Shown here: positions 8,667 to 18,728 of the stretch, one piece after another
Position numbering within the stretch: the first letter of the stretch is position 1
Layout: each line of letters begins with the position of its first letter
The notes under the pieces: generated by a model
Told to the model about the DNA's origin: nothing
Database searches by the model: none
The model's input: only the letters and a program-made list of their open reading frames with translations
Position numbers and translations under genes: made by a program
IMG/VR virus record: IMGVR_UViG_3300032046_000001
Coordinates: 248,421 to 312,420 of that record
Strand: one strand, 5' to 3'
Length of the DNA stretch: 64,000 nt

Positions 8667-8890
8667 AAAATTGGATTTGCTGAAAATCTATTTTTGCCCT
8701 CGTTTACATAGCTGACTTTATACATTACGCCATTAATTGAAAATACAGTTCCTGTTGATGGTAATAATTGAGGCGGGACGTCAGCCTGTTTTGGTGCCAA
8801 AGATTCCTTAATTTCTTCAAGAGTCGCTGGTACTGTTACTACCGGAAATTCATTTCCATTTTGATCCTTAAAAATCACTTCATCAGACAT
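8663..8890 (-). CDS. Hypothetical protein
   Basis: ORF track with AGGAG SD. Confidence 0.65.
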   Translation of the reverse strand: MSDEVIFKDQNGNEFPVVTVPATLEEIKESLAPKQADVPPQLLPSTGTVFSINGVMYKVSYVNEGKNRFSANPIL

Positions 8891-8903
8891 AATTTATTCT
8901 CCT

Positions 8904-9560
8904 TTAAATATTTTGATGATATTTATCATTTAAAATTTTTCGTATACTACTTATTGCGTGTTGTTCATATTTTTCTCTAAATAATTCAGTACGAAAAATA
9001 TGTTTTTTTGGATCTAAAAGAGTTAGTAAAAAATTTATTCTGGCATTTTTACTGAATGATAATCCATATTCCTTTTCAATATTATCATCATATTGATTGA
9101 AAGTTTCTTCATCAGAACCTAATATTGAAAAATCAATGTCATACATATAATTATATTCAATTATTGGTTTGGTTGATGTTCCATATTTTGTTTCTAAAAT
9201 TAAATCAGCAACTAAATCTGGATTTAATATCAAGTCTAACTCATATATTGATCTTACTGCTTCTATAGAACTTAATAATTCTGATTCTCCATTATAAGTA
9301 GTCATGATAAAATCATGCCAGAATATGGCGTACTCCATTTCTTCACGATTTGGAAGGGTTTGCTTGATACTATCTAATAGATCAATACTTCTCATAATAT
9401 GATCAATATTATGATAATGTCTTCTATGAGAAGTATATGCCGATATTAATTGATTTAAATATGCGGAGTGACTAAATCCACCACCATATAACGCAACACT
9501 TTGACATAATCTTGAAAATCTTTCTCTAAATGATGATATATCCATTATGACCACCACCAA
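8904..9560 (-). CDS. HD-superfamily predicted metal-dependent phosphohydrolase
   Basis: Y...RRHYHNIDHI, AIFWHD, DIDFSILG, FDQY...I..EY motifs. Confidence 0.85.
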   Translation of the reverse strand: MVVVIMDISSFRERFSRLCQSVALYGGGFSHSAYLNQLISAYTSHRRHYHNIDHIMRSIDLLDSIKQTLPNREEMEYAIFWHDFIMTTYNGESELLSSIEAVRSIYELDLILNPDLVADLILETKYGTSTKPIIEYNYMYDIDFSILGSDEETFNQYDDNIEKEYGLSFSKNARINFLLTLLDPKKHIFRTELFREKYEQHAISSIRKILNDKYHQNI

Positions 9561-10711
9561 TATCGCTGAATTGTCTCAGCTAATTTATGAAAACATTCTC
9601 GATCAAATTCAGTATCTGATACATTTGAATTATTGAATGTGATAATATCTCCGTGACCATCTTTTTTAATTTGATCTTGTATTCGTTTTCTAAGTTCTCC
9701 TGATGTTAATTGACTATTGATTCTTTCTTCGATTTGTTTATCAGTTAAAGATCTTGATCTTAATCTTTCATATTGTTCACTTGGGCTTGTCTCAACCAAG
9801 ATCACATTGTTATTAGATAGATAACCCAAATTAAAATCTAATATTTTATTACCGAATAAATAGGCACAATTCAGAAGAATAATACAATCTTTATTTTTCT
9901 GTAATTTCTCTCGATAGAGCATGAATAGAGCTTCATCTACTAATTTATATAGTTTAATCAATCTTTCAGGATTAGGGAAAACTTTCTCAGCCAGGATATG
10001 AGAATCTATCAAACACATACAATTATTATTAGAAAATATAATATCATCACCAAATTCGTCAACAATGTTTCGACGAATTTGTGTATAATATGGTTGAAAT
10101 CTCTGTGTATAAATCTCATGAACAAGATTATCGAAGTCTATATTAATCATCTTTAATGAACCAGCTTCAATTATCTTTTTTGTGACGAATGACTTACCAC
10201 AACCGATACCACCTACAACTCCAATAATTATTTGTCCAGAAATTTTTTTCTCAAGAGCTTGTTTGACATATAAAGGTACAAACTCATGAATGAATCCTTT
10301 GTGTTGTTCTAATACTTTAACAACAGAAGAACTCACATTTTCATACTTCTGTTCCGAAAATAAAAGTAAAGTCTCGATATTGGGAGCTTGTGATTTACCA
10401 ACTTTATATAGATTTGTTTCATACTGATAATCTTCTTGATTTCGGACACTTTTCACAATGATATCTATACCGTTTAAGATCGCATAATCAACAAGCAACC
10501 CATCAAATGCTGATACTTCAACATTAGGTATATGAGCAACTGATTTACGGATAAGTTCCAATCTCTCATATAAATTAAAAACATACTTCTTTGTTTCATT
10601 AATTCCAACGGCAACATGTACTTGTTCAAATAGTTTAGCTGCTCGTTCGATTGTATTTATATGACCAAAATGGATCGGGTCTCCACTCAGAGCAAACATA
10701 GCTTTTGACAT
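9545..10711 (-). CDS. coaD: Bifunctional phosphopantetheine adenylyltransferase / dephospho-CoA kinase (CoaD-CoaE fusion)
   Basis: N-term DPIHFGH (HxGH), FDGLLVDY, R..EDYQYE, SSSVVK; C-term IGVVGGIGCGKS P-loop plus CoaE-like segments. Confidence 0.88.
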   Translation of the reverse strand: MSKAMFALSGDPIHFGHINTIERAAKLFEQVHVAVGINETKKYVFNLYERLELIRKSVAHIPNVEVSAFDGLLVDYAILNGIDIIVKSVRNQEDYQYETNLYKVGKSQAPNIETLLLFSEQKYENVSSSVVKVLEQHKGFIHEFVPLYVKQALEKKISGQIIIGVVGGIGCGKSFVTKKIIEAGSLKMINIDFDNLVHEIYTQRFQPYYTQIRRNIVDEFGDDIIFSNNNCMCLIDSHILAEKVFPNPERLIKLYKLVDEALFMLYREKLQKNKDCIILLNCAYLFGNKILDFNLGYLSNNNVILVETSPSEQYERLRSRSLTDKQIEERINSQLTSGELRKRIQDQIKKDGHGDIITFNNSNVSDTEFDRECFHKLAETIQRYWWWS

Positions 10712-10721
10712 AATCGATCTC

Positions 10722-10934
10722 CTATGGTGTATCTACTTCTATTACTGTCTCATCAATACTTAATTCAACTATATAAAATATAATATTTCTATAATTAGAA
10801 TTTGGATCTTTTCTTTCATCAATAATCCATTCGTTTATCCTATTTTCATCTTCGGAAGAATAAACACAATCTCCTTGTGGTGAATTAATTCTACATTCAA
10901 ATTTGATATATGTTTTTTCCATTGTTTCTCTCAT
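10722..10934 (-). CDS. Hypothetical protein, paralog of 11352..11618
   Basis: FE.R..SP.G..VY......I..W....R shared. Confidence 0.6.
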   Translation of the reverse strand: MRETMEKTYIKFECRINSPQGDCVYSSEDENRINEWIIDERKDPNSNYRNIIFYIVELSIDETVIEVDTP

Positions 10935-10944
10935 TGTTTTTCTC

Positions 10945-11358
10945 CTATTTCTTTTTTTTCACAAAATACCGTGGCCAATTTTCATAACTTCCATTAATAA
11001 CTGGTGTATTAGGAAACCATGTATTTTTATGGTTGAATTGATCTGTGAGCAAAACTGTTAATTCACCACGTTCCATTTGTTCATACCGAATGGGACAATC
11101 TTTTTTGAAGGCGTCCCAAGCGTCAATGACATTCTGTTTTTCTTTTTGTTGTGTATGTTCACCATCTTTATATGGAGCTTTGTATGTATATAAACAATAA
11201 TGTTCGGTATTATCCGATACTTTGATATTTTCTTCTAATATTGGAGACCATGTATATTCTCCTACTCTTACTACAAAATAATAATTTATATATACAAGTC
11301 CGATATGCTCCCAAGTTCTATCAATACGTGATGGATCTACTCCTTGTTTTGTTAACAT
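10945..11358 (-). CDS. Hypothetical protein
   Basis: ORF track, operon context. Confidence 0.6.
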   Translation of the reverse strand: MLTKQGVDPSRIDRTWEHIGLVYINYYFVVRVGEYTWSPILEENIKVSDNTEHYCLYTYKAPYKDGEHTQQKEKQNVIDAWDAFKKDCPIRYEQMERGELTVLLTDQFNHKNTWFPNTPVINGSYENWPRYFVKKKK

Positions 11359-11618
11359 TTTGTTTGCCTCTTCACAATATTCGTATATATAGGTTTTGTC
11401 TTTGTCTCCATAACCACAAAATCATGTTTACAGTATTTTCCTTCTTCTCTTTGTCTATTCATCCATCCGATTATTTCACTTAAACCAGTACCAGTATATA
11501 CTCTTCTACCTTTTGGACTATCAAGTCGAATTTCAAATATCGTTCGTCCCTTATCATTTTCTATAAATTCTTCACTATAATTCATATACAATCTTTTGTC
11601 ATAATAGGTTCTTTCCAA
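11352..11618 (-). CDS. Hypothetical protein, paralog of 10722..10934
   Basis: FEIRLDSPKGRRVY motif shared. Confidence 0.6.
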   Translation of the reverse strand: MERTYYDKRLYMNYSEEFIENDKGRTIFEIRLDSPKGRRVYTGTGLSEIIGWMNRQREEGKYCKHDFVVMETKTKPIYTNIVKRQTKC

Positions 11619-11854
11619 TCATCATCTTGGATTGGTTTGGTATCATACCAATCCAATATAGCTCCACAGTATGGACACCAATAAATATATGTTTCACCAC
11701 CAGATGATGAATGTGGGTGTTCATGATGTTCAATTAATTCCATCTGATAATTACAAAATTTACAAATTTCATCAAAATTCATTTTTTCAAACCTGTTCCT
11801 ATATAGTATTTTTATGATATTCGTAGAACTTATTATTATAATCACGACATACAT
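11582..11854 (-). CDS. Zinc-ribbon protein (start probably internal)
   Basis: CKFC and WCPYCG pairs. Confidence 0.55.
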   Translation of the reverse strand: MYVVIIIISSTNIIKILYRNRFEKMNFDEICKFCNYQMELIEHHEHPHSSSGGETYIYWCPYCGAILDWYDTKPIQDDDWKEPIMTKDCI

Positions 11855-12791
11855 CTAAACAATTATTACGACATATAGAATCTTTATAAGTATCATGGTT
11901 TTTATACCAATTATATCTTTCTTCCATTATCTTATTTCTGATAATTGAGTGTTTCGATCCACAATGTAATATATTTCCGATTGGTTTTCCCTTTTCTCGC
12001 ATATAAATAATACATGGATAATGATATTCTCCGGCGATTGCTATATCATCTAATACCAATGGACATCGATTATAATCAGATAAAGAAAGACCTCGTACTG
12101 GAATATTATTTATGATATTGTTATACCGATATTTTAGTATTGGATGTTTATATAATATAGACGATTCAATATAAAATGTTGGATATTGTGTCCCATTTTG
12201 CGCTGCTGGTATAATGCGTATATCATCTACATGTAAGTCATGTGCTAATCTAATTATATCTCCCAATTCGGACATATTTTGTTCAGTCAATACCACACCA
12301 ACTGTTATATAAGATATCAATGATAAAAATTCAATTGTATCTATTACCTTTTTCCATTGACCTGTTTTTCCAGTCATTGTGTCACCTGTTGATGAACAAC
12401 ACGAATCCAGTGAAACAGAAAAATCATTCACTCCTGCGGCCATTAAATAAAAATATAATTCTTGATCATTAGACCCATTTGTTGAAATGGCAATATGTCC
12501 TATGTTATTTTGTCTCGCATATTTAATCATTTTTAACAGATCTTTATTTAAAGTTGGTTCTCCTCCTGAAAATCTGATATTCCTGATTTTATTATTGAAT
12601 ATATCAAGAATACATTTAATAGAATCTATCGTAAGATCACCACATAATTTATCTTCGAGTCCACGACAATATGGACATTTAAAATTACATCTATCGGTAA
12701 TTATTATTTCACATCGATTGATTATACCATCGGGAATTTTTTTTACTCTTTCTTCACACAATGTATAAAAACCTATTTCTTCAAGATTCAT
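11799..12791 (-). CDS. Radical SAM enzyme
   Basis: CNFKCPYC (CxxxCxxC), FSGGEPTL, ISTNG, SLD. Confidence 0.92.
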   Translation of the reverse strand: MNLEEIGFYTLCEERVKKIPDGIINRCEIIITDRCNFKCPYCRGLEDKLCGDLTIDSIKCILDIFNNKIRNIRFSGGEPTLNKDLLKMIKYARQNNIGHIAISTNGSNDQELYFYLMAAGVNDFSVSLDSCCSSTGDTMTGKTGQWKKVIDTIEFLSLISYITVGVVLTEQNMSELGDIIRLAHDLHVDDIRIIPAAQNGTQYPTFYIESSILYKHPILKYRYNNIINNIPVRGLSLSDYNRCPLVLDDIAIAGEYHYPCIIYMREKGKPIGNILHCGSKHSIIRNKIMEERYNWYKNHDTYKDSICRNNCLDVCRDYNNKFYEYHKNTI

Positions 12792-12844
12792 AATTTATAC
12801 TCCTTTCAATAATAAAATGTAATATATCTCCATATTTTCAAATT

Positions 12845-13171
12845 TTATTTTCTATAATTCCAATAACTTCTTTCATCTATTAATTCAGTACATTTTTCAA
12901 ACCATTCATCCACTGTATAAATTTCTGGTAAATTCAAACTAATTTTACCATAAGCACCATTATGAATTATATCAGAGGCATAAAACGTATAACCTCCAAT
13001 TTTAAAGGAATGTTTAAGATATATATTTTTTTCAAAATCATAACAAGCTCTACACTCCCGTTCTATATCACATAATAATGCCTCAGCAGATTCATACTCA
13101 GCGGGGAAAATAATTTCCCCGCCTTCATACTCACTACCATATTGATAAATAATAACGAGTCTCATCAACAA
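12845..13171 (-). CDS. Hypothetical protein
   Basis: ORF track. Confidence 0.55.
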   Translation of the reverse strand: MLMRLVIIYQYGSEYEGGEIIFPAEYESAEALLCDIERECRACYDFEKNIYLKHSFKIGGYTFYASDIIHNGAYGKISLNLPEIYTVDEWFEKCTELIDERSYWNYRK

Positions 13172-14670
13172 TCACCAGATTCGATTCGTTTCTTCATTAT
13201 TTCTTTCAATTCTTGAAGCTCTCTGCTAACCCAAACCGATTGTCTCTTTGGAAATTTAAGATCTTTCCATTGAGGTTTCAATAATGCCATTTCAGACTGA
13301 TGATATATCTTAATTTCATTAGCCATCAATGGCACTGTTAATCTCACATCATTCTGTAAAGTAGGTTGTAGCATGTTATGACGAATATCCCTTAGATCAG
13401 TATATCGTCTTCTTCCACTATTCGACCGCTCAACCATCTCTTGAGAATCAGATTTTGGTTGATCTTTTAAAGAAGTTGAATACTCTCCTTCAGAATCACG
13501 ATGTAATGATTTTTTACCAGGATCGGTCATTTTCTCTATACTACTACTAAGTTTGATGGTTGGATTACCATCAATATCAACTAATTTATAAACAACTCCT
13601 AACGGTACAGGAACAAGTTTAGTTCCAATACCATCAGCATCATTAGCTGCTTCTTTTTCCATCATCAACATTCTAGTATCTTCATCAATATCATTAGATG
13701 TAACGATCTTTACTGCTTTAAATCCGTTATCATCCAGAATCTTTCTTACAGTTTGAGAATCCCAAATTAAATCACCGGAATCGATACGAACTTTAAATCT
13801 CCGTAAACCGTGTTTATTTGCCGTTTTAAGGGCATCTCTTAGTCCTGTGAAGGTTCCATAGGTATCTAAAATAAATGCGGATTTCTCCCCAAATAACGAA
13901 GCCTGGGCATCAAAACTATAGAGTTGTCTCCTGTATGCCTCAACGGAACTATGGCTTGCTGTTCCTGATAATGGAATACCATATACTTGTCCCGCTAAAA
14001 CATTAGAACTTGATGTTGCCCCAGTGATATAGAATGCTCTTGATAATTCCAATGCCGCTTCTCTACCCATTCCTCTTCGCATATGAAAGTCTGCCCAAGG
14101 AACAGATGGATTAGCCAATGTCATTCTGGCACCATTGGTAGCACCAGCAATAACATATCCCATACATCCTAATATATAGGTTTCAATAAAATCACCGATT
14201 GCCAAAGGTGCTGTTATTTGAATTAAAGGAATATGGGGTTGAATAACAGTTCCTTCTGGAACCATTTCAACATATCCTTTAAACGATAACTCTCTTAAGT
14301 ATTCATATAATATCTCTGGAAAGTTCCATTGAGATTTGATAAAATCGATATCTCTTCCAGTCATTTCAAGCTGTTGGAGATATTCAATTACTTTTTCATT
14401 TCCCATCATTATACCGAAACTACCATTCTTTGGATTGTTTCGATAAAACATGTTAAACGTAGCGATGTCGTCTTGTTTACCAGAATGTAAATACATCGCC
14501 ATTTTCAATAGTTGATAAAAATCTGTTGACATGGCTGAGTTTAGAGGAGGTTTATCTGTAATATAAAATCTATTACCTTGAGGATCTTGAATTTCAACAT
14601 AACCATTCTTCATCACTTTCAATATTTTATTACCGCTATTGACAAGTGATTCTAAAAACTTATCATTCAT
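13165..14670 (-). CDS. pncB: Nicotinate phosphoribosyltransferase (internal start of the 13165..15171 ORF)
   Basis: TDFYQL, FHMRRG, SNVLAG..YGIP.SGTASHS, LDTY, VRIDSGDL, SNDIDE, GIGTKL, VYKLV, KxTDPGKK; SD GGAGGG ahead of ATG at 14670. Confidence 0.88.
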   Translation of the reverse strand: MNDKFLESLVNSGNKILKVMKNGYVEIQDPQGNRFYITDKPPLNSAMSTDFYQLLKMAMYLHSGKQDDIATFNMFYRNNPKNGSFGIMMGNEKVIEYLQQLEMTGRDIDFIKSQWNFPEILYEYLRELSFKGYVEMVPEGTVIQPHIPLIQITAPLAIGDFIETYILGCMGYVIAGATNGARMTLANPSVPWADFHMRRGMGREAALELSRAFYITGATSSSNVLAGQVYGIPLSGTASHSSVEAYRRQLYSFDAQASLFGEKSAFILDTYGTFTGLRDALKTANKHGLRRFKVRIDSGDLIWDSQTVRKILDDNGFKAVKIVTSNDIDEDTRMLMMEKEAANDADGIGTKLVPVPLGVVYKLVDIDGNPTIKLSSSIEKMTDPGKKSLHRDSEGEYSTSLKDQPKSDSQEMVERSNSGRRRYTDLRDIRHNMLQPTLQNDVRLTVPLMANEIKIYHQSEMALLKPQWKDLKFPKRQSVWVSRELQELKEIMKKRIESGDC

Positions 14671-15171
14671 TAAAACAATTCCCTCCAGTTTCGTTTGAAT
14701 AAGGTTGGTTGATCTACCATACCAGTATATTCGAATTTTCTTTTTCCCAAATTTAAAAGCCTCATATGGCTTTAATATATCAATTCTTGATCGAAATCGA
14801 GAACTTGTTTTATCAAGAACGATTTTTTCTCTAACTACATTATCGCTCTTGTAATAAATTTTTGTGTTTCGATCTAATCCTAATTTTACCAGATCTTTCG
14901 AAACAGCAATAATTTTGTGACGATTCTTGTTATGAATCCTGTCATTCCACGCACAAATATTTGGTGTAGAATCACATTGTTTTTTTGTGGCATTATATGC
15001 AGTTGCATCAACAATCTTACTATTTATAATCGGAATTTCCGATTGTTTAATACTCCAAATATAAAAAGATCTAAAATGATTTTTTGATTGAGTATCATAA
15101 ATTTTTGAAGTTGTAATTACTACCGGACACAATATAATTAAAATAAATAACATCATAAATGTCTTTTTCAA
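14671..15171 (-). CDS. Exported 3D-domain (MltA-like) protein, in frame with pncB and lacking its own stop
   Basis: Signal-like N-terminus; ATAYN...QCDSTP, IIAVSKDL, VLD...R..RIDI, FG.KKIRIYW. Confidence 0.7.
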
Positions 15172-15182
15172 ATTATTATCTC

Positions 15183-15545
15183 CTATTTAATTATTCTATT
15201 TTTATTATGATCTCCTGTATGTTTAGACGTAGGTTTTTTTTCTAAATTTTCAAAAGTATTTTCTAATTTATTTTTATTTTTATGGTGAATAACTTCATCA
15301 CATTTTAATTTTTCTATAAAAGTTTCATATAGTAAACGATGAACTCTCCTAGTTTTTATTATTTTATTTTGACATAAACGAGCACGAAGATATCCAGTAC
15401 TACTCTTGGTTTGTTTTAATATTTTATTTTTCTTGATAGATTTAATTCTACTAAAATTACTTATTAGATATTCTGGAAACTCTTCGATTATTTTCCAAGT
15501 TTCATTTTTTAAATCTCGTAAGTTTAAATTTTTATATATTTTCAC
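15183..15545 (-). mobile_element. NUMOD4-HNH homing endonuclease (short, probably truncated)
   Basis: ETWK.I..FPEY.ISNFSRIKS, RVHRLLYETF, IHHKNKNKLEN..ENLE. Confidence 0.8.
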
Positions 15546-15572
15546 TAAAATTCCTTTTTAAAAAATTTATAA

Positions 15573-15620
15573 AAAAAATCCTCTGGATTAGGAGGGAGTA
15601 AAATATCCAGAGGATTTTTT
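15573..15620 (-). terminator. Intrinsic terminator after SPFH operon
   Basis: 16-bp inverted repeat AAAAAATCCTCTGGAT / ATCCAGAGGATTTTTT with T tract on the minus strand. Confidence 0.75.
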
Positions 15621-15641
15621 CAATTAATACTGTTAAACAAA

Positions 15642-16580
15642 CTATTCTTTGGTTGGGAATGTCTGTTTGTAGAGCATTGAACTCCCTACTATGGGACCGA
15701 AATTCTTACTGGTTAGTGCATCATAAGGTGCCAACATAAAAGTATTATTTGGACCCTTTGCCATTTCTTCGTACATCTTGTACTGTTCTAATGCTAATAC
15801 AGCCGGTGTTAAGGAGGCACCGACAATGGCATTGGCTTTGGCTGTAGCTCTCGCTCTTTCTACTTGGGCTTCGCCTTCCTTAATGGCAATCTCTGTCTGT
15901 CGTTCAGCTTCTCTTGTCCGCGCTTGGGCTTCTGCGGCCTTCTGTAAATCATCAAGTTCGGCATTTTTAATAGCCGTTTTCTTGTTCTTGATCTTTTCCT
16001 CATAATCCAGGTCAGATACCTTAAGGCCGGTGGTGATTATCGGGAATCCCTTACCCTTTATTTCAGCAGCAATCTGTTTGTTTAATTCATTCTCAATGGG
16101 TCCGCGTAGATCCTGGAGATTGTCAGTATTGTATGGTGCTACAACACTTCGTGTAGTACTCCGAATGGTACTTTGTATTACGGCCTTGTAGAAGGTGGCG
16201 AATTCAACTTTGTATATCTTGGAGTCACTTGTGGGAGTTGGTTTCACTATACTCAGAATTTTCTTAACAGACTCATCATCCCGTAGGTCAAACTGGCCAA
16301 AGTACTTCACATCCATGATTACAGGTATCTGATCTTTACAGAGGATGTGCATCGTGTCTTCATCAAACTTATTGATGGAACCGTCGATATAAATGGTAAG
16401 ATCACGGCCATATGCGTGGTAGTTGCCATCACGAATGATATTGAAGTTTCCACCAGAATCCTTGATAACAATTACTGTTGCTGGAGGCACGGTCTTACCC
16501 ATACAACCGAAGATCGAAGGAAGGACACATAAAATCAAAGCCATAAATAGTACATATTTCAGAGATTGTTTCGGATTCAT
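15642..16580 (-). CDS. SPFH/band-7 (prohibitin-like) membrane lipoprotein
   Basis: Lipobox IFGC, CKDQIPV.MDV, IRS.TR.V...Y, VSDLDY, Ala/Glu-rich coiled coil. Confidence 0.85.
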   Translation of the reverse strand: MNPKQSLKYVLFMALILCVLPSIFGCMGKTVPPATVIVIKDSGGNFNIIRDGNYHAYGRDLTIYIDGSINKFDEDTMHILCKDQIPVIMDVKYFGQFDLRDDESVKKILSIVKPTPTSDSKIYKVEFATFYKAVIQSTIRSTTRSVVAPYNTDNLQDLRGPIENELNKQIAAEIKGKGFPIITTGLKVSDLDYEEKIKNKKTAIKNAELDDLQKAAEAQARTREAERQTEIAIKEGEAQVERARATAKANAIVGASLTPAVLALEQYKMYEEMAKGPNNTFMLAPYDALTSKNFGPIVGSSMLYKQTFPTKE

Positions 16581-16643
16581 ATTAATGCTCCTTATATTAG
16601 AATAACATTGTTTAAACTACCATTAATATTAAGATTCTCCCTC

Positions 16644-17078
16644 CTAAAGAGTATCTAGATACTTCTGGAACTCATCACGAGCTTTTTGATTCTTTTCTCG
16701 AATCTTGTCGTTCAGTTCCATTTCACGTTTTTCTTTCATATCCTTAATGAGTTGTTCAATTGTATTCGGATCAGATGTTTTGTGATCCTCCAATTGTTTT
16801 TGATTATATTGCTCGGATTGTGTACCAACACCGCTGTCATATGATTTCACTGTTACATCATGAAGGAATATTCTGGAAGCGATAAATATGATCGCACCAG
16901 CGGTCAGAAGTACTTTAATAACAGAATAAATAACAGCCAGGACATTATACCATGATTCATTAACTTCAAAAATGGTGAACAATTTCTTAATTCCCCATTT
17001 CGAAGTCATAAAGATGATAATCATAAATATGACCGATGCCACAAACCAAATCAGCGGTTGAATATGAAAATTTAACAT
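16644..17078 (-). CDS. Two-TM membrane protein with coiled-coil tail
   Basis: Two hydrophobic helices, GAGGAG SD. Confidence 0.75.
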   Translation of the reverse strand: MLNFHIQPLIWFVASVIFMIIIFMTSKWGIKKLFTIFEVNESWYNVLAVIYSVIKVLLTAGAIIFIASRIFLHDVTVKSYDSGVGTQSEQYNQKQLEDHKTSDPNTIEQLIKDMKEKREMELNDKIREKNQKARDEFQKYLDTL

Positions 17079-17204
17079 AATTTGTTCTCCTCTCGAAAAA
17101 GATTTCCTGAATCACTAATGTTGTCATCATAACTCTTCAGGTGGATAGTATCATTTATACGTGCTATTCATTTAACTACTATGAATTGTAGAGATATAAA
17201 TTAC

Positions 17205-17224
17205 TTCACATATTAATATATATA
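17205..17224 (-). promoter_or_regulatory. Conserved intergenic motif, putative phage promoter (copy 2)
   Basis: TTCACATATTAATATATATA, identical to copy 1. Confidence 0.65.
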
Positions 17225-17249
17225 ATAACTTCGGTTTATTTCTAAATTA

Positions 17250-18020
17250 TTACTCTATATTCTCATCCCATCGTACCAATGCTATTGGAGCTAATGCCCT
17301 CTTATGCTCAGTAGCTTCCATAATTTTTGAAATTCTCACTTCGTCTGGTGTTGTAGGTGTCTTACCACTGAGATATATTTTTGTGAGAACATCATCAAGA
17401 ACATCATAATTTCCGATATCATCCTCATCATAATGATTTGGTGTTAGATCAGCAGTTGGTCGCTTTGTCAGAATTTTTTCGGGAATTTGAATATAGTCGT
17501 GTTGAGTACAAAGTATATTATTATAATAATGTGCTAGACCATATACATCTCTTTTTAGTAATTCACCTAATAATTCGATATCTGATGCTCCATCGCCGAA
17601 TTTTGTAAAATATCCAGTCATAATTTCTGATAAATTACAAGTTCCAATAACTTTACTATTATGTTCATTGGCGTATGCATACAATAGACACATTCTTATC
17701 CTAGACATTATATTTTCTTTAGTTCCATTTTGCCATAAGATTCCGGTATTATAAAAGCTATCGTATATATTTCTAATGTTTATAATAGAGTATGATACAC
17801 CGAATTGGTGTACTAGATCAATACCATCCTTAAGATGTTCATTTTCCCAATATGGCATAAGCATAGCATGAATCTTGTCTTTTCCAACAGCCTGAACAGT
17901 CATTGCGAGACAAAGAGATGAGTCAATTCCACCAGATACTCCGAGGATAAAACCACTAGATGTTTCTAATTCTTCTCTGACAAAATCAACAATAATTTGA
18001 TTCACTTTTTCATAATTCAT
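17250..18020 (-). CDS. nadE: NH3-dependent NAD+ synthetase
   Basis: LGVSGGIDSS, NIMSRIRM..LY..AN, GTCNLSE..GYFTKFGDG, K.PTADL. Confidence 0.93.
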   Translation of the reverse strand: MNYEKVNQIIVDFVREELETSSGFILGVSGGIDSSLCLAMTVQAVGKDKIHAMLMPYWENEHLKDGIDLVHQFGVSYSIINIRNIYDSFYNTGILWQNGTKENIMSRIRMCLLYAYANEHNSKVIGTCNLSEIMTGYFTKFGDGASDIELLGELLKRDVYGLAHYYNNILCTQHDYIQIPEKILTKRPTADLTPNHYDEDDIGNYDVLDDVLTKIYLSGKTPTTPDEVRISKIMEATEHKRALAPIALVRWDENIE

Positions 18021-18675
18021 TTTCCATTCTCCTTTTTATTTTTGATACTGTTGAATGAACTACTCCGTGTTTATTTGCAATCTGTCTTTGAGTTAAATCA
18101 TCTTTTTCAATATCAATTTTTATATCAATATATTTTTGATTTGACAACCTGTTAAGATTATTTTCACTCATTATCTTTTTTGTTTTTTCTGAATGTTTTT
18201 TTCCTTTATTGCTTTCACTTATTTTTATTTTAGTTTCTTCTGAAAGTAATCTACCTTTTGGATTATGAAGTTTGTTATGTTCTTTTTTAGGTATCATTAT
18301 TAAATTTTCTAAAATATTATTTTCTTTATTTCTATCTTTATCATGATGAACACATTCATCAGATTTTAATTTATAATCATTAAAAGTTTCATAAACTAAT
18401 ATATGAATTTTTTTAGTTTTCTTGTTTCCATTTTTAGATAAATTAATTACAAAATAATCATCATTATCTTTATGTTGTTTTATTATTTTTCCACTTATTT
18501 TATCATATTTAAAACTTTTAACTCGACCCAGATTACTAACTTGATAATCACAATCATAATCTAAAATATCTTTCCAAATTTCATTATCTAAATCATTAAT
18601 ATCTAAATTTTCGTATATTTTCATTTTAATGCTCCAAGTATCTGAAAGAAAATTTTTATAATATAAAAATGACAT
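18010..18675 (-). mobile_element. NUMOD4-HNH homing endonuclease with NUMOD3/HTH tail
   Basis: EIWKDI.DY..DYQVSNLGRVKS, IHILVYETF, VHHD.D.NKENN.LENL, SEETKIKISES. Confidence 0.85.
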
Positions 18676-18703
18676 CTTTTTAAAACGTTATTTTACTTAT
18701 TCT

Positions 18704-18723
18704 TTCATAGATTAATATATATA
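18704..18723 (-). promoter_or_regulatory. Conserved intergenic motif, putative phage promoter (copy 3)
   Basis: TTCATAGATTAATATATATA, 18/20 to consensus. Confidence 0.5.
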
Positions 18724-18728
18724 GTTCT

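Noticed and set aside
9545-10711. Calling the HxGH domain NadD to complete the NAD pathway
   Set aside because: Sequence signatures match CoaD and it is fused to CoaE; NadD activity is kept only as a testable alternative
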